Below, in pieces: positions 17,899-27,955 of a stretch of DNA of 60,583 bases. Made by a program: the position numbers and the translations under genes. A model generated the notes under the pieces. The model was not told where the DNA came from. It made no database searches and worked only from the letters and a program-made list of their open reading frames with translations. This DNA is from Candidatus Anderseniibacteriota bacterium. GTDB lineage: Bacteria; Patescibacteriota; Andersenbacteria; UBA10190. The stretch spans positions 1-60,583 of the forward strand of contig JBBDOX010000014.1 in assembly GCA_040876835.1 (NCBI GenBank), in the 5' to 3' direction. Within the stretch, counting starts at the first letter, position 1. Every line of letters starts with the position of its first letter.

Positions 17899-17906
17899 AG
17901 CACCCT

Positions 17907-17935
17907 TTGACTTTTTTGGCGCTATTTCATATAGT
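17907..17935 (+). promoter_or_regulatory. Promoter of the str operon
   Basis: TTGACT(17907-17912)-17 nt-TATAGT(17930-17935). Confidence 0.55.
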
Positions 17936-17995
17936 AAGGCCCAACGCACCGCTACGCGGTGTCATTGTCTTAAATCAGCTCAATTCTCCTAATTC

Positions 17996-18421
17996 ATGCC
18001 AACCATTAATCAACTTGTTCGAAAAGGACGAAAGCGAAAGAGCCGCAAATCAAAGGCGCCGGCAATGTTGCGTACCTATAACGTATTAAAAGATCGACCA
18101 GTCCCATACAAGAAAGGTTCGCCTTTTAAGCGCGGAGTATGTCTGCAGGTCAAAACAATGACCCCTAAGAAACCAAACTCAGCTCTTCGGAAAGTAGCTC
18201 GTGTTCGTCTGACGAATGGAATGGAAGTGACTGCCTTTATCCCGGGTGAAGGACATAATCTGCAGGAGCACTCGATTGTGATTATTCGCGGCGGACGCCG
18301 CAAGGATCTGCCAGGTGTACGATATCAGGTAGTTCGAGGACTGCTTGATACTGCTGGAGTAGAAGGCCGCAAGCAGGGACGTAGTCGGTACGGCGCTAAG
18401 AAACCTAAGAGCGGAGAGTAA
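17996..18421 (+). CDS. rpsL: 30S ribosomal protein uS12
   Basis: [13 protein letters not shown]...[16 protein letters not shown]. Confidence 0.95.
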   Translation: MPTINQLVRKGRKRKSRKSKAPAMLRTYNVLKDRPVPYKKGSPFKRGVCLQVKTMTPKKPNSALRKVARVRLTNGMEVTAFIPGEGHNLQEHSIVIIRGGRRKDLPGVRYQVVRGLLDTAGVEGRKQGRSRYGAKKPKSGE

Positions 18422-18426
18422 ACACT

Positions 18427-18903
18427 ATGCCACGCAAGAAACGAGTATATAAGAATAAGAAGCACCTAAAGCCTGATCCTAAGTTCGGGAATCTTGTTCT
18501 GTCCAAGTTTATCAACTACATCATGAAGGATGGTAAGAAATCTGTTGCTCAGAATGTAGTCTATGAGGCGCTGGAGATCGTGTCTGAGAAGACGAAGAAT
18601 GATGCTCTGTCGGTATTTGATGCTGCAATGCGAAACGTTGCTCCAGTACTGGAGGTTAAGGCTCGTCGTGTTGGTGGAGCCAACTATCAGATTGCCCAGG
18701 AAGTTCGACCTGAACGCCGTGAAACACTGGCGATGCGTTGGTTACGCGATGCGGCTCGTAGCCGTGGGGGTAAAACCATGGCCGAAAAACTGGCTGCTGA
18801 GCTGATTGATGCTTCTAACAAAGAAGGCGGAGCAATCAAAAAACGGGATGACGTTCACCGCATGGCCGAGTCCAACCGGGCATTCTCTCACTTCGCCCGT
18901 TAA
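18427..18903 (+). CDS. rpsG: 30S ribosomal protein uS7
   Basis: Position after rpsL; [23 protein letters not shown]. Confidence 0.95.
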   Translation: MPRKKRVYKNKKHLKPDPKFGNLVLSKFINYIMKDGKKSVAQNVVYEALEIVSEKTKNDALSVFDAAMRNVAPVLEVKARRVGGANYQIAQEVRPERRETLAMRWLRDAARSRGGKTMAEKLAAELIDASNKEGGAIKKRDDVHRMAESNRAFSHFAR

Positions 18904-18929
18904 AATTTAAGCGTAAGCTCTTTTTATCT

Positions 18930-21026
18930 ATGGCTGCAGATAAGTTTCCTCAAGTTACTATTGATAAGGTCCGCAATTTCGGAATTATCGCCCACATTGA
19001 TGCCGGTAAGACCACCATGTCTGAGCGGGTGCTTTTTTATACTGGCTTAACGCATAAAATCGGTGAAGTTCATGAGGGGGAAGCCGTCATGGATTGGATG
19101 GATCAGGAGCGGGAGCGCGGTATTACTATTACTTCTGCAGCTACCACTGCTTTCTGGAAGGACTACCGGTTAAACTTAATCGACACTCCCGGACACGTGG
19201 ACTTTACGATCGAAGTCGAGCGCAGTTTGCGTGTACTCGATGGAGCCGTTGTTGTATTTGATGGCGTAGCTGGAGTGGAGCCACAGAGTGAAACCGTATG
19301 GCGCCAGGCTGATAAATACAAAGTGCCTCGCATGTGTTTTGCGAATAAGCTGGACCGAACAGGAGCTGATTTTTGGAAAGTGGTTGAATCTATTCATCGT
19401 CGTTTGACGAAGAACACTGTAATTCTTACCCTGCCTATTGGAACCGAATCCAATTTCGAGGGCATTATCGACCTTATTACGATGAAGGAGTGGCACTTTG
19501 AAGGAGAGATGGGACAGAATATAATCGAAAAAGACATTCGTGAGGAACTCAAAGAAGAAGCTCAAACTCGCCGCGACCAGATGGTGGAAAAGATTGCCGA
19601 ACTGGATGATGCTCTCACGGAAAAATACCTGGGTGGAGAAGATATTTCAGTTGACGAATTGCATCAGGCTCTGCGTAAGGGAGTTATTGCCAGCCAAATC
19701 GTTCCGATTCTCTGTGGTTCCGCCCTTAAGAATAAGGGCGTACAGCGAATGCTGGATGCGATTGTCCAGTACCTACCAGCGCCAACTGATGTACCAGCTG
19801 TGGTAGGTATAAATCCGGATAACCTTGAAGAAAAACTGGAACGCAAACCTGATCCGAGTGAACCCTTTGCAGCCTTAGCTTTTAAAGTTGCGACTGATCC
19901 GTATGTGGGTCAGCTGACATTCTTCCGCGTCTATTCCGGGACACTCCAAACAGGCTCGTATGTTCTGAACGCTTCCAATGGCAAGCGGGAACGCATTAGC
20001 CGTATCTTGCGCATGCATTCGAACCAGCGGGAAGAAGTAGAAGAAATTAGTGCTGGTGGCATTGGAGCCTTAGTAGGCATGAAAGCTACTACAACAGGGG
20101 ACACTTTGTGTGACCCTGAAAATCCGATTCTGCTGGAACGCATTATTGGAGCTGAACCAGTGATCTCGATTGCGGTTGAACCGAAGACAAAAGCTGACCA
20201 AGAGAAAATGGGTATGGCATTGAAAGCTTTGATGAATGAGGATCCTACTTTGCGAGTGCGAACGGATGAGGAAACCCTGCAGACAATTATGGCCGGTATG
20301 GGAGAACTTCATCTGGAAATTATCGTTGATCGCATGAAGCGCGAGTTTGGGGTTGAAGTAAATGTTGGGAAACCGCAGGTTGCCTACAAAGAAACAATTC
20401 GAAAGACAGTGGAAGTGGAAGGTAAATACATCAAACAGAGCGGTGGTCGTGGTCAGTACGGGCATGTATGGCTGCGTCTGGAGCCGCGTGATCGAGGAGC
20501 GGGTGTGGAATATGAACCGGAAATTAAAGGTGGAGTAATTCCACAGGAATACCTTCCAGCGATTGGTAAAGGTGTTGAAGAAGCAGCCGCTAATGGTGTG
20601 CTGGCTGGATACCCTGTGGTTGATGTAAGGGCGGTTGCCTATGATGGCAGCTACCATGACGTAGACAGCTCTGAAATCGCATTCAAAATCGCGGGAGCGA
20701 TGGCTTTCCGTGAGGGTGTGCGTAGAGCTGATCCTGCCCTTCTCGAGCCGATTATGAAAGTTGAAGTAACTACACCTGAGGAATACATGGGCGATGTAGT
20801 GGGTGACCTTAACTCACGTCGTGGACAGATTGAAAGCCTGGAAGACCGGGTGGGAATCAAGGTAATCAATGCTTTTGTACCACTGGCCGATATGTTTGGA
20901 TATGCCACACAAGTACGTTCGATGAGCCAGGGCCGAGCTAACTATAGTATGCAATTTGATCACTACCAGGAAGTACCGAAGAATATCCAAGAGCAGCTAA
21001 TAGGTGCAGTAGCCAAGAAAGAGTAA
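18930..21026 (+). CDS. fusA: Elongation factor G
   Basis: [22 protein letters not shown] GTPase motifs; 698 aa. Confidence 0.95.
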   Translation: MAADKFPQVTIDKVRNFGIIAHIDAGKTTMSERVLFYTGLTHKIGEVHEGEAVMDWMDQERERGITITSAATTAFWKDYRLNLIDTPGHVDFTIEVERSLRVLDGAVVVFDGVAGVEPQSETVWRQADKYKVPRMCFANKLDRTGADFWKVVESIHRRLTKNTVILTLPIGTESNFEGIIDLITMKEWHFEGEMGQNIIEKDIREELKEEAQTRRDQMVEKIAELDDALTEKYLGGEDISVDELHQALRKGVIASQIVPILCGSALKNKGVQRMLDAIVQYLPAPTDVPAVVGINPDNLEEKLERKPDPSEPFAALAFKVATDPYVGQLTFFRVYSGTLQTGSYVLNASNGKRERISRILRMHSNQREEVEEISAGGIGALVGMKATTTGDTLCDPENPILLERIIGAEPVISIAVEPKTKADQEKMGMALKALMNEDPTLRVRTDEETLQTIMAGMGELHLEIIVDRMKREFGVEVNVGKPQVAYKETIRKTVEVEGKYIKQSGGRGQYGHVWLRLEPRDRGAGVEYEPEIKGGVIPQEYLPAIGKGVEEAAANGVLAGYPVVDVRAVAYDGSYHDVDSSEIAFKIAGAMAFREGVRRADPALLEPIMKVEVTTPEEYMGDVVGDLNSRRGQIESLEDRVGIKVINAFVPLADMFGYATQVRSMSQGRANYSMQFDHYQEVPKNIQEQLIGAVAKKE

Positions 21027-21027
21027 G

Positions 21028-21057
21028 AAAAAATCCTTAGCACGGCGTACTAAGGAT
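21028..21057 (-). terminator. Intrinsic terminator of the minus-strand gene 21050-21589, abutting the fusA stop
   Basis: 8-bp stem atccttag/ctaaggat. A U-run occurs only on the minus strand (plus-strand A-run at 21028-21033). Confidence 0.55.
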
Positions 21058-21589
21058 CCGGAAGGTCTGAGCTCTCACCGTAGTAGGAGCCGACCCTGTT
21101 TTTTGGATGCCACGGACAGCTCTGCTCGATGGGATTGATGCACCACCACAAGTCTTCTCCGTTGGGGCATCGGATCTTGTCGGTGCCGGCAAAAGAGAAG
21201 CCAAGGGATCGCAAAACTTTCTTGTGCAGGAAAGATTCATCCTGTTCGACCAATCGAACGATGCAGGGCTTAAATTGGTACTGCCAAATGATCCAGCGGA
21301 TCAGTCGCGCAGTAGCAACTTCCTGAGGCTTGGTTGCGAAGATGGCGTTGGAGAACAGGAAGGGAATGAAGCACTCCTCCGGAGTGTCTTCAACGATTGC
21401 GGCGCTTACGATTTGCCGCCTCTGGGTCACTGCCAGACAGAGGTCTTCTACTCGCAGTGCGAACTCCACGTCTCCAAGTAGATCAGGAGCCGAGAATTCC
21501 ACTATCTCGCAGACCTTGTCGAAAGCACCCAACGCTGCAGCGCATGGCTTTACGTTCAACCCCTGAATTTTGCCAATGAACAGACTCAC
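21050..21589 (-). CDS. Hypothetical protein with weak GNAT-acetyltransferase-like secondary-structure pattern; G/C-ending codons
   Basis: GTG start preceded by GAGGAGG (21595-21601) at 5-nt spacing. C-terminal FLHKKVLRSLGFSFAG resembles a GNAT alpha4-beta6 segment; this is a low-confidence family call. Confidence 0.5.
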   Translation of the reverse strand: MSLFIGKIQGLNVKPCAAALGAFDKVCEIVEFSAPDLLGDVEFALRVEDLCLAVTQRRQIVSAAIVEDTPEECFIPFLFSNAIFATKPQEVATARLIRWIIWQYQFKPCIVRLVEQDESFLHKKVLRSLGFSFAGTDKIRCPNGEDLWWCINPIEQSCPWHPKNRVGSYYGESSDLPDP

Positions 21590-21714
21590 TTGAACCTCCT
21601 CATGTTCAGGACAGTGTAGAGGAAGGAGAAGGGGGATTCTTCTAGACGTGTTGTACTGTGAAGAAAGCAGTTTGGCAAGGCCTTGAAGCCGCCGGTGAGC
21701 TGGGTTAGGATTCT

Positions 21715-22116
21715 ATGATGTCCAAATATCCACTTCGTGATGAGCTTGTGCCAGCTTTGAATGTCCTTCGGCAGCTTGGAGGGTCGATTACCTTTGTGGG
21801 TGATGATGGTGAAGAGTATGTTATTGCCCGCAAGGCAGACATGGCAGCGGAGCAGGAAACGCAGCTCACACTCCCCTCGGCCTCGGCGGTATCGGCCGCT
21901 ATCCGCCGAAATGTTGATAATATAGAGGAGGATGTGCTGGAACGTATCAATCAGGATATTGCCTTGAGTGTCGGGCACGGAGAGGAAGACTTTGGTCACA
22001 TGAGCGAGGAAATGGATGAGGCCGGGGATGAAATGTTTGATGGTCCCACGCCTCCACCCATCCGAGTACGGTTCGAACCGTTAAGAGGAGATCTCTCGCC
22101 TGATCTTCAGGAATAG
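21715..22116 (+). CDS. Hypothetical strongly acidic protein; the N-terminus faintly resembles a Phd/YefM antitoxin fold
   Basis: 133-aa ORF divergent from 21050-21589. LRQLGGSITFVGDDGEEYVIARKAD followed by a D/E-rich tail. Confidence 0.45.
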   Translation: MMSKYPLRDELVPALNVLRQLGGSITFVGDDGEEYVIARKADMAAEQETQLTLPSASAVSAAIRRNVDNIEEDVLERINQDIALSVGHGEEDFGHMSEEMDEAGDEMFDGPTPPPIRVRFEPLRGDLSPDLQE

Positions 22117-22130
22117 GCAAAGCAATATTG

Positions 22131-22159
22131 TTGACGGGCGTATTTCTTTGTATTATAAA
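22131..22159 (+). promoter_or_regulatory. Dedicated tuf promoter
   Basis: TTGACG(22131-22136)-17 nt-TATAAA(22154-22159). Confidence 0.5.
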
Positions 22160-22254
22160 CAAGTAAACCTCAGGCGGTCTGTGTCTCAACTCTAAACAGA
22201 CTGGGTAAAACGCCGGAGAGGGTTTTATCATTATTAAATCAATAACTGAGCACT

Positions 22255-23448
22255 ATGGCTGAAAAGTTTGAACGATCAAAGCCGCATGTCAACGTGGGTA
22301 CGATTGGACACGTTGATCACGGTAAAACAACGCTGACGGCAGCTATCCTGTACGTCATGGGAATGAAGGGTGGAGCAAAGAAGGTAATGAAAGTCGATGA
22401 GATCGACTCGGCTCCTGAAGAAAAGGCGCGTGGTATTACTATTTCTACAACGCACTGTGAGTATGAATCTGAAAACCGACACTACGCTCACGTAGATTGT
22501 CCGGGACATGCTGATTACATTAAGAATATGATTACTGGTGCGGCCCAGATGGATGGAGCAATTATTGTTGTATCCGCCACCGATGGTCCGATGCCTCAGA
22601 CTCGAGAACACATCCTGCTTGCTCGCCAGATCGGCGTGCCAGCTTTAGTTGTCTTCCTGAATAAGGTAGATGCAGTGGATGATCCAGAGCTTGTTGATTT
22701 GGTTGAAGAAGAAGTTCGTGAACTTCTAACCAAGTACGAATATGACGGAGCAGCAGCTAAGGTTATCCGTGGCAGTGCTTTGAAAGCCCTGGATGCCAAG
22801 ACTCCAGAAGATGAAGCGGCTAAGCCAATCGTTGATCTGATTGCAGCTCTGGATGAAGCAATTCCAGAGCCAGTTCGTGAAACTGATAAGCCATTCTTGA
22901 TGCCAGTTGAAGACGTATTCTCAATCGAAGGTCGCGGTACAGTTGTAACCGGCCGCATTGAGCGCGGTATTGTAAAAGTTAACGATGAAATTGAAATCGT
23001 GGGACTGCGCGATATGCAGAAAACTGTTGTAACTGGAATCGAAATGTTTAACAAGCAGCTCGACCAGGGACAGGCCGGAGATAACGCAGGTGTACTGCTG
23101 CGAGGATTGAAGAAGGAAGACGTAGAGCGCGGACAGGTACTGGCTGCTCCAAAGTCAATCACCCCCCACAAAAAGTTTGAGTCTGAAGTGTACATCTTGA
23201 CCAAAGAAGAAGGTGGACGACACACTCCATTCTTCAAAGGGTACAAGCCTCAGTTCTATGTTCGAACTACTGATGTAACTGGTGAGGTTGAATTACCAGA
23301 AGGATCAGAGATGGTTATGCCTGGTGATACTGTGAGCCTTAAGGTCAGTCTGGGAGCTCCCGTAGCTATGGAAGACGGTATGCGCTTCGCGATTCGCGAA
23401 GGCGGTAGGACTGTTGGTGCGGGTGTTGTAGCGAAGATTATTGAGTAA
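22255..23448 (+). CDS. tuf: Elongation factor Tu
   Basis: [22 protein letters not shown]. Confidence 0.97.
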   Translation: MAEKFERSKPHVNVGTIGHVDHGKTTLTAAILYVMGMKGGAKKVMKVDEIDSAPEEKARGITISTTHCEYESENRHYAHVDCPGHADYIKNMITGAAQMDGAIIVVSATDGPMPQTREHILLARQIGVPALVVFLNKVDAVDDPELVDLVEEEVRELLTKYEYDGAAAKVIRGSALKALDAKTPEDEAAKPIVDLIAALDEAIPEPVRETDKPFLMPVEDVFSIEGRGTVVTGRIERGIVKVNDEIEIVGLRDMQKTVVTGIEMFNKQLDQGQAGDNAGVLLRGLKKEDVERGQVLAAPKSITPHKKFESEVYILTKEEGGRHTPFFKGYKPQFYVRTTDVTGEVELPEGSEMVMPGDTVSLKVSLGAPVAMEDGMRFAIREGGRTVGAGVVAKIIE

Positions 23449-23472
23449 CTTACTCTAACTTCTGTACTTTGA

Positions 23473-23826
23473 ATGGCTACTAAGCAACAAACGAAAGAAA
23501 AGCAGGAAGAAGTGGCGCTGACACCACGCATTCGTATCAAGCTTAAAGCGTATGACCACAAGCTGGTTGACCAGTCTGCCAAGCAGATTCTGGATGCTGT
23601 TGAGCGCGACGGAGCGAAGGTGGCTGGCCCAGTTCCCCTGCCAACTTCGAAGAAAAAATATACAGTTAACCGATCAACGTTTGTACATAAGAATGCGCGT
23701 GATCAATATGAGATCCGGGTTCATAAGCGTTTGATTGACATCGTACAGACTACTTCGCGCACTGTTGATACTCTGATGAGTCTCAACCTGCCAGCTGGAG
23801 TTGATGTCTCGATGAAGATGACCTAA
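23473..23826 (+). CDS. rpsJ: 30S ribosomal protein uS10
   Basis: [21 protein letters not shown]; about 15-aa N-terminal extension. Confidence 0.95.
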   Translation: MATKQQTKEKQEEVALTPRIRIKLKAYDHKLVDQSAKQILDAVERDGAKVAGPVPLPTSKKKYTVNRSTFVHKNARDQYEIRVHKRLIDIVQTTSRTVDTLMSLNLPAGVDVSMKMT

Positions 23827-23845
23827 AGCCAATACTCAATTGGTC

Positions 23846-23882
23846 AAAAGCAGCTCTCGTTTGCGGGAGCTGCTTTTGCTTT
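23846..23882 (+). terminator. Intrinsic terminator directly after rpsJ
   Basis: 11-bp stem aaaagcagctc/gagctgctttt followed by gcttt. Confidence 0.65.
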
Positions 23883-23949
23883 AGAGGTTCTGGTAGAGGT
23901 ATACAAAGGATAGGCGTATACGTGTCCTTTTGGGAAAGAAGGAAGCTAC

Positions 23950-24273
23950 ATGAACATGGTTGTTCGGGAACTGCTTCGCGAGTTGTGGCGGGTGCCTTAC
24001 GCACTGACTACCACCATCACAGAAGACCCCTGGGGGTACCTGTCTTGGCCGATGAAGATTACTACAGTTTGCCTCGGGTATCTTTTGAGGGGGTTGAGGT
24101 GGGTTGTGGTGATCTACGCCGCGCTGTTTTTCCTGGCAGTGTTTCCTCCGCCCGGCAGGCCGCTGGCAGCAATGCTGGCTGCACTGGTGATGCTTTGGAT
24201 AGTTGGCGTGGGGCTCCTGTTGAAGGCCGGGCTCACCGTGGAGCGGAAAAACCAACACAATCTCCGGGAATAA
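23950..24273 (+). CDS. Hypothetical small membrane protein (2 TM helices), GC-rich
   Basis: GAAGGAAG SD 4 nt upstream of the ATG and its own terminator. Chosen over the overlapping ORFs 23922-24335(+) and 23881-24258(-). Confidence 0.45.
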   Translation: MNMVVRELLRELWRVPYALTTTITEDPWGYLSWPMKITTVCLGYLLRGLRWVVVIYAALFFLAVFPPPGRPLAAMLAALVMLWIVGVGLLLKAGLTVERKNQHNLRE

Positions 24274-24283
24274 CCCCCCTTAC

Positions 24284-24306
24284 ACCGCCCCAAAAGGCGG
24301 TTTTTA
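24284..24306 (+). terminator. Intrinsic terminator after the small membrane ORF
   Basis: accgcc-ccaaaa-ggcggt followed by ttttt. Confidence 0.55.
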
Positions 24307-24307
24307 C

Positions 24308-24336
24308 TTGCGCTTTTTTTTGTTCTGTTTTATGAT
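24308..24336 (+). promoter_or_regulatory. Promoter for rplC and the downstream ribosomal protein genes
   Basis: TTGCGC(24308-24313)-17 nt-TATGAT(24331-24336); about 120-nt structured leader. Confidence 0.5.
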
Positions 24337-24461
24337 GCTTTATACCTGCAAACACCAAACGCAGGACGTTTAGACACTAAGTCTTTCAATGCAGAAAGAT
24401 TTTTCTTTATTCCTAATGGAGAACGTACCTCGAGTAATCGGGGAGACCGCTTCTTCTCAAT

Positions 24462-25079
24462 GTGATGAAAGTGCTGCTCGGGAGAAAAATTGGTATGTCA
24501 CAAGTGTTTGCGGAAAACGGCAAAGCCATTCCCGTAACCCTGATTGCGGCTGAGCCGAATACTGCTCTCATTCATCGCACGGAAGAAAAGGACGGGTATG
24601 CTGCTGTTCAACTCGCTTTACCTCGCAAAAAAGATGTAAAACAAGATGAAAAGAAGCAAACCCCTTCCGTCCTGAAGCGAATGTATGCTATGCGCAAGGA
24701 GTTCAAAGGAACGTTTACGGCTGAGCAATCCACCTTTACCGTTGAGCAGTTTGAGCCGGGTGATGTTGTTGAGGTTTCGGGCATGTCAAAAGGCAAAGGA
24801 TTTGCTGGTGTAGTAAAGCGTCACCACTTCAAAGGTGGACCAGCTAGCCATGGACATCGTCATGTGCTGCGTCGTCCAGGATCGATTGGAAGCCGTTTTC
24901 CTCAACATGTGTTAAAAGGAATGCGCATGGCTGGTCGCATGGGATATGATCGGGTGACGGTTAAGAACCTGACGATTGTAGCGGTTGATAAGGACAGAAA
25001 TCTGTTGGCAGTAAAAGGAGCGGTACCGGGAACAAAAGGTACGGTTCTTGAGATTCGTCAGGTAGAAGAAGCAAAGTAA
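24462..25079 (+). CDS. rplC: 50S ribosomal protein uL3
   Basis: GRKIGMSQVF, GKGFAGVVKRHHFKGGPASHG. Start is GTG 24462 or ATG 24465. Confidence 0.95.
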   Translation: MMKVLLGRKIGMSQVFAENGKAIPVTLIAAEPNTALIHRTEEKDGYAAVQLALPRKKDVKQDEKKQTPSVLKRMYAMRKEFKGTFTAEQSTFTVEQFEPGDVVEVSGMSKGKGFAGVVKRHHFKGGPASHGHRHVLRRPGSIGSRFPQHVLKGMRMAGRMGYDRVTVKNLTIVAVDKDRNLLAVKGAVPGTKGTVLEIRQVEEAK

Positions 25080-25080
25080 T

Positions 25081-25755
25081 ATGGCCTCAAAGTCTACAAA
25101 GAAAACCGCTGATAAGAATGCTGCTGACAAGCTGCCGGTTCACACCTTGGGCCAGAAAAAGGAAGGCTCAGCGGATGTTCCTGCGTTTATGCAAACGGTG
25201 GTCAGTCCGGAAGCTATCGCTCAGGTGATGCATGTTGCCCGCCGCCGGTCCCGGGTGCGTAGAGCGCATACCAAGGAGCGAGCTGAAGTGCGCGGCGGAG
25301 GCCGCAAGCCCTGGAAACAAAAAGGAACCGGTCGTTCTCGACACGGGTCCAGCCGTTCTCCGCTGTGGGTCGGTGGTGGTACAACCTTTGGTCCCCGAGC
25401 GCATAAGGAGCGTGTCCCAGTGACTCCTGTTAAAGAACGCGGCCGGGCTTTAGCCGGAGCATTTGCTCTGCACGTGCAGCAGGGGACGATGGCTCTGCTT
25501 AAGGTCAGCAAATTGCCGGAAAAAACGAAAGATTTTGTCGCTCAAGCTGAATATCCGTCTGGCCTTTTGATTGTTGTTGATGAAACACACAAAGCATTAT
25601 CTCGTGTAGCGCGTAACGTCACTGGTGTTCGAGTGATGAATGCCAATATTGTCATTGTCCGGGACCTGGTTGAAGCAAATCAGGTGTGGGTGGATGAAGA
25701 TGCCTTACCGGCGCTTCAGGCACGTACAAAATTTCATGTAGTATCAGCTGAATAA
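25081..25755 (+). CDS. rplD: 50S ribosomal protein uL4
   Basis: GGGRKPWKQKGTGRSRHGS. Confidence 0.95.
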   Translation: MASKSTKKTADKNAADKLPVHTLGQKKEGSADVPAFMQTVVSPEAIAQVMHVARRRSRVRRAHTKERAEVRGGGRKPWKQKGTGRSRHGSSRSPLWVGGGTTFGPRAHKERVPVTPVKERGRALAGAFALHVQQGTMALLKVSKLPEKTKDFVAQAEYPSGLLIVVDETHKALSRVARNVTGVRVMNANIVIVRDLVEANQVWVDEDALPALQARTKFHVVSAE

Positions 25756-25760
25756 CTCCT

Positions 25761-26162
25761 ATGTCACTTCTATCACTATCGAAAAAAATACTCTCCCGCG
25801 AAAAGGCTCAAAAAAGCACCGGGAAAACAACTGCCAAAAAGACTGTAAAGAATACCGAAAAGAAAAGTAAAAAGACTGACAAGACGGCTTCTGTTTTAGC
25901 TGGACGCCTGGGGATGAGCCCTGTTCTTAGTGAGAAGGGTATAAGATTGCAGGAGCAGAATCTGTTGGTTGTTCGAGTAAAGCCTTCGGCTACAAAGCAA
26001 CAGATTGCGCAGGCTATTGAAGAGGAGTTTGGTCAGAAGCCTCTATCTGTACGTACAGCCCGCATGAATCCGAAAACCCGCCGCCGGGGAATGTCTTCGG
26101 GACGGACCAATCACTGGAAGAAGGCGTACGTAAAGATGAAAGATATTAAGTCAATTATTTAG
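25761..26162 (+). CDS. rplW: 50S ribosomal protein uL23 with a Lys-rich N-terminal extension
   Basis: Operon position; core VVRVKPSATKQQIAQAIEEEFG. Confidence 0.9.
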   Translation: MSLLSLSKKILSREKAQKSTGKTTAKKTVKNTEKKSKKTDKTASVLAGRLGMSPVLSEKGIRLQEQNLLVVRVKPSATKQQIAQAIEEEFGQKPLSVRTARMNPKTRRRGMSSGRTNHWKKAYVKMKDIKSII

Positions 26163-26175
26163 CAGGACGTGTTAT

Positions 26176-27018
26176 ATGCCGATTAAGATATACAAAAAGA
26201 ATCGTGCGGCTCGTAAGAACGCTTCGATCGTTGATCGTTCCGAGCTGGCTGGAAAACCGGTCATTAAGTCTTTGCTGTACGGCCGCAGACGTATATCCGG
26301 ACGAGGATCAGCAGGAAAAATTACTACTCGTCACCGCGGTGGCGGAGCCAAGAAGCTATTCCGAACAATTGAGTTTGGCCAGCCGAAGCTTGGTGTTCCG
26401 GCTATGGTAGAACGACTAGAGTATGATCCAAACCGTTCAGCGCATATTGCTCTGCTGCTTTACAAAGATGGAGTGCGACAGTATGTGCTAGCGTGGGAGG
26501 GAATCAAAGTTGGACATGAAATACTAGTTCAGGAGCAGACTCCTGAAAAGCCAGGTAATCGAATGCAGTTGCAGCACATTACTCCGGGGTTGGAAGTCTT
26601 TAATGTCGAAATGCAGCCGGGTCGCGGCGGCAGACTGTTCCGCGCCGCCGGAACGTATGGAATTGTAATGGATATTCAGGGCGATTACGCACAGCTCAAG
26701 ATGCCTTCCGGTGAGGTTCGCTTGATTCCCAAGGGGGCCTATGCAACACTGGGCAAGACCAGTAATCCCGACCACCGGCTAGCACGGATCGGGTCGGCTG
26801 GGCGAAGTCGACGACTTGGTCGACGTCCTCAAGTACGCGGTAAGGTAATGAACCCCGTTGACCATCCTCATGGCGGAGGTGAAGGAGCTCAGCCGATTGG
26901 TTTGAAGCACCCGAAAACGAAGTGGGGTAAACCAGCCCTAGGCGTAAAAACGCGTCGTGCTGGCAAATATTCCGATCGTCTTATTTTACAACGTCGTTCA
27001 TCTAAGAAACGAAGCTAA
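26176..27018 (+). CDS. rplB: 50S ribosomal protein uL2
   Basis: [16 protein letters not shown]. Confidence 0.97.
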   Translation: MPIKIYKKNRAARKNASIVDRSELAGKPVIKSLLYGRRRISGRGSAGKITTRHRGGGAKKLFRTIEFGQPKLGVPAMVERLEYDPNRSAHIALLLYKDGVRQYVLAWEGIKVGHEILVQEQTPEKPGNRMQLQHITPGLEVFNVEMQPGRGGRLFRAAGTYGIVMDIQGDYAQLKMPSGEVRLIPKGAYATLGKTSNPDHRLARIGSAGRSRRLGRRPQVRGKVMNPVDHPHGGGEGAQPIGLKHPKTKWGKPALGVKTRRAGKYSDRLILQRRSSKKRS

Positions 27019-27023
27019 CACCT

Positions 27024-27329
27024 ATGGCACGATCACTAAAGAAAGAACCGTATATCGACCCTAAGCTGCTCAAAAAAGTGCAGAAGCTTAAGAGTGGAGA
27101 CCGTACGGTTATTAAGACCTGGTCACGCAGATCTACGATTTTCCCGGAAATGGTGGGCTTTCGCTTTGGGGTACATAATGGCCGGGAACATATTCAAGTT
27201 ATTGTTACAGAGGATATGGTTGGGCATAAGCTCGGTGAATTTTCTCCTACCCGTAAATTTGTCCGGCATGGTGGTCGACTGCAGAAAGAAGCAGAAGCTG
27301 CAGCTGCCGCTGGAACTACTTCGAAGTAA
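27024..27329 (+). CDS. rpsS: 30S ribosomal protein uS19
   Basis: [26 protein letters not shown]. Confidence 0.95.
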   Translation: MARSLKKEPYIDPKLLKKVQKLKSGDRTVIKTWSRRSTIFPEMVGFRFGVHNGREHIQVIVTEDMVGHKLGEFSPTRKFVRHGGRLQKEAEAAAAAGTTSK

Positions 27330-27332
27330 TAT

Positions 27333-27941
27333 ATGAAAGTACGCGCTACACATCGAAATGCCCGCATGGCTCCTCGGAAAATCCGTCCGATGGCGCGTAT
27401 GCTGCGCAACATGCCTGTTGCGGCGGCTCAGAATCAGCTGATGTTTATGCCTGGCAAGGGAGCTGACATTGTGCTGGAAACTTTAAAAAGCGCAGTGGCT
27501 AATGCTACGCATAATCACCAGCTGGACCAGGATAGTTTAACTATTGCCGAAATTCGAATTGATGAAGGGTTGGTCATGAAGCGCTGGCAACCGATCGCTA
27601 AGGGAATGGCTCACCCACTTTTAAAGCGCAATTCTCACGTCACTGTTATTGTTGAAGGAAAAGAAGCAGCTAAAAAAGCTAGTGCTGTCAAAAAACAGGC
27701 TAAGGTTGAAACTGTTTCGGCTGATGAGTATGTAAAGCAGGAAGCCAAAGCCCAGGCAGATGAAAAGAAAGAGCAGGAAAAAGCCCAGAAAGGGACGGAA
27801 GACGAGAAAAATCCGGTAGAGGATGGACGTGACGTGAATGCAGTTAAAGGTAAGAAGGAACACGAAGCATTTCAAAAAATGAAGGCGCTGCAACAGGGTG
27901 GTGACAAGAAGAAGACGCATCGTCGTAAGAGCATTGGCTAA
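27333..27941 (+). CDS. rplV: 50S ribosomal protein uL22 with a roughly 90-aa Lys/Glu-rich C-terminal extension
   Basis: MKVRATHRNARMAPRKIRPMARMLRNM; 202 aa, against about 110 aa typical. Confidence 0.93.
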   Translation: MKVRATHRNARMAPRKIRPMARMLRNMPVAAAQNQLMFMPGKGADIVLETLKSAVANATHNHQLDQDSLTIAEIRIDEGLVMKRWQPIAKGMAHPLLKRNSHVTVIVEGKEAAKKASAVKKQAKVETVSADEYVKQEAKAQADEKKEQEKAQKGTEDEKNPVEDGRDVNAVKGKKEHEAFQKMKALQQGGDKKKTHRRKSIG

Positions 27942-27955
27942 TTAAGAACATACCT

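Noticed and set aside
21586-21999. Minus-strand 137-aa ORF whose stop overlaps the GTG start of gene 21050-21589 (GTGA), suggesting an operon
   Set aside because: Its translation is Cys/His/Arg/Leu-rich and looks like the antisense frame of the acidic plus-strand ORF 21715-22116. That plus-strand ORF has a far more protein-like sequence. The 4-nt overlap is probably fortuitous.
19176-23582. Long antisense ORFs inside fusA and tuf (for example 20070-20657, 22596-23246, 23256-23582), and likewise inside ftsA (9557-10105)
   Set aside because: They are antisense frames of highly conserved genes. Their low-complexity Ser/Arg/Thr-rich translations mark them as spurious.
23881-24335. Alternative ORFs 23922-24335(+) and 23881-24258(-) in the rpsJ-rplC insert
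   Set aside because: The plus-strand ORF runs through the terminator hairpin, and the minus-strand ORF has an implausible composition. Both are typical spurious open frames in GC-rich DNA. The 23950-24273 frame has an SD, TM helices and flanking terminators.
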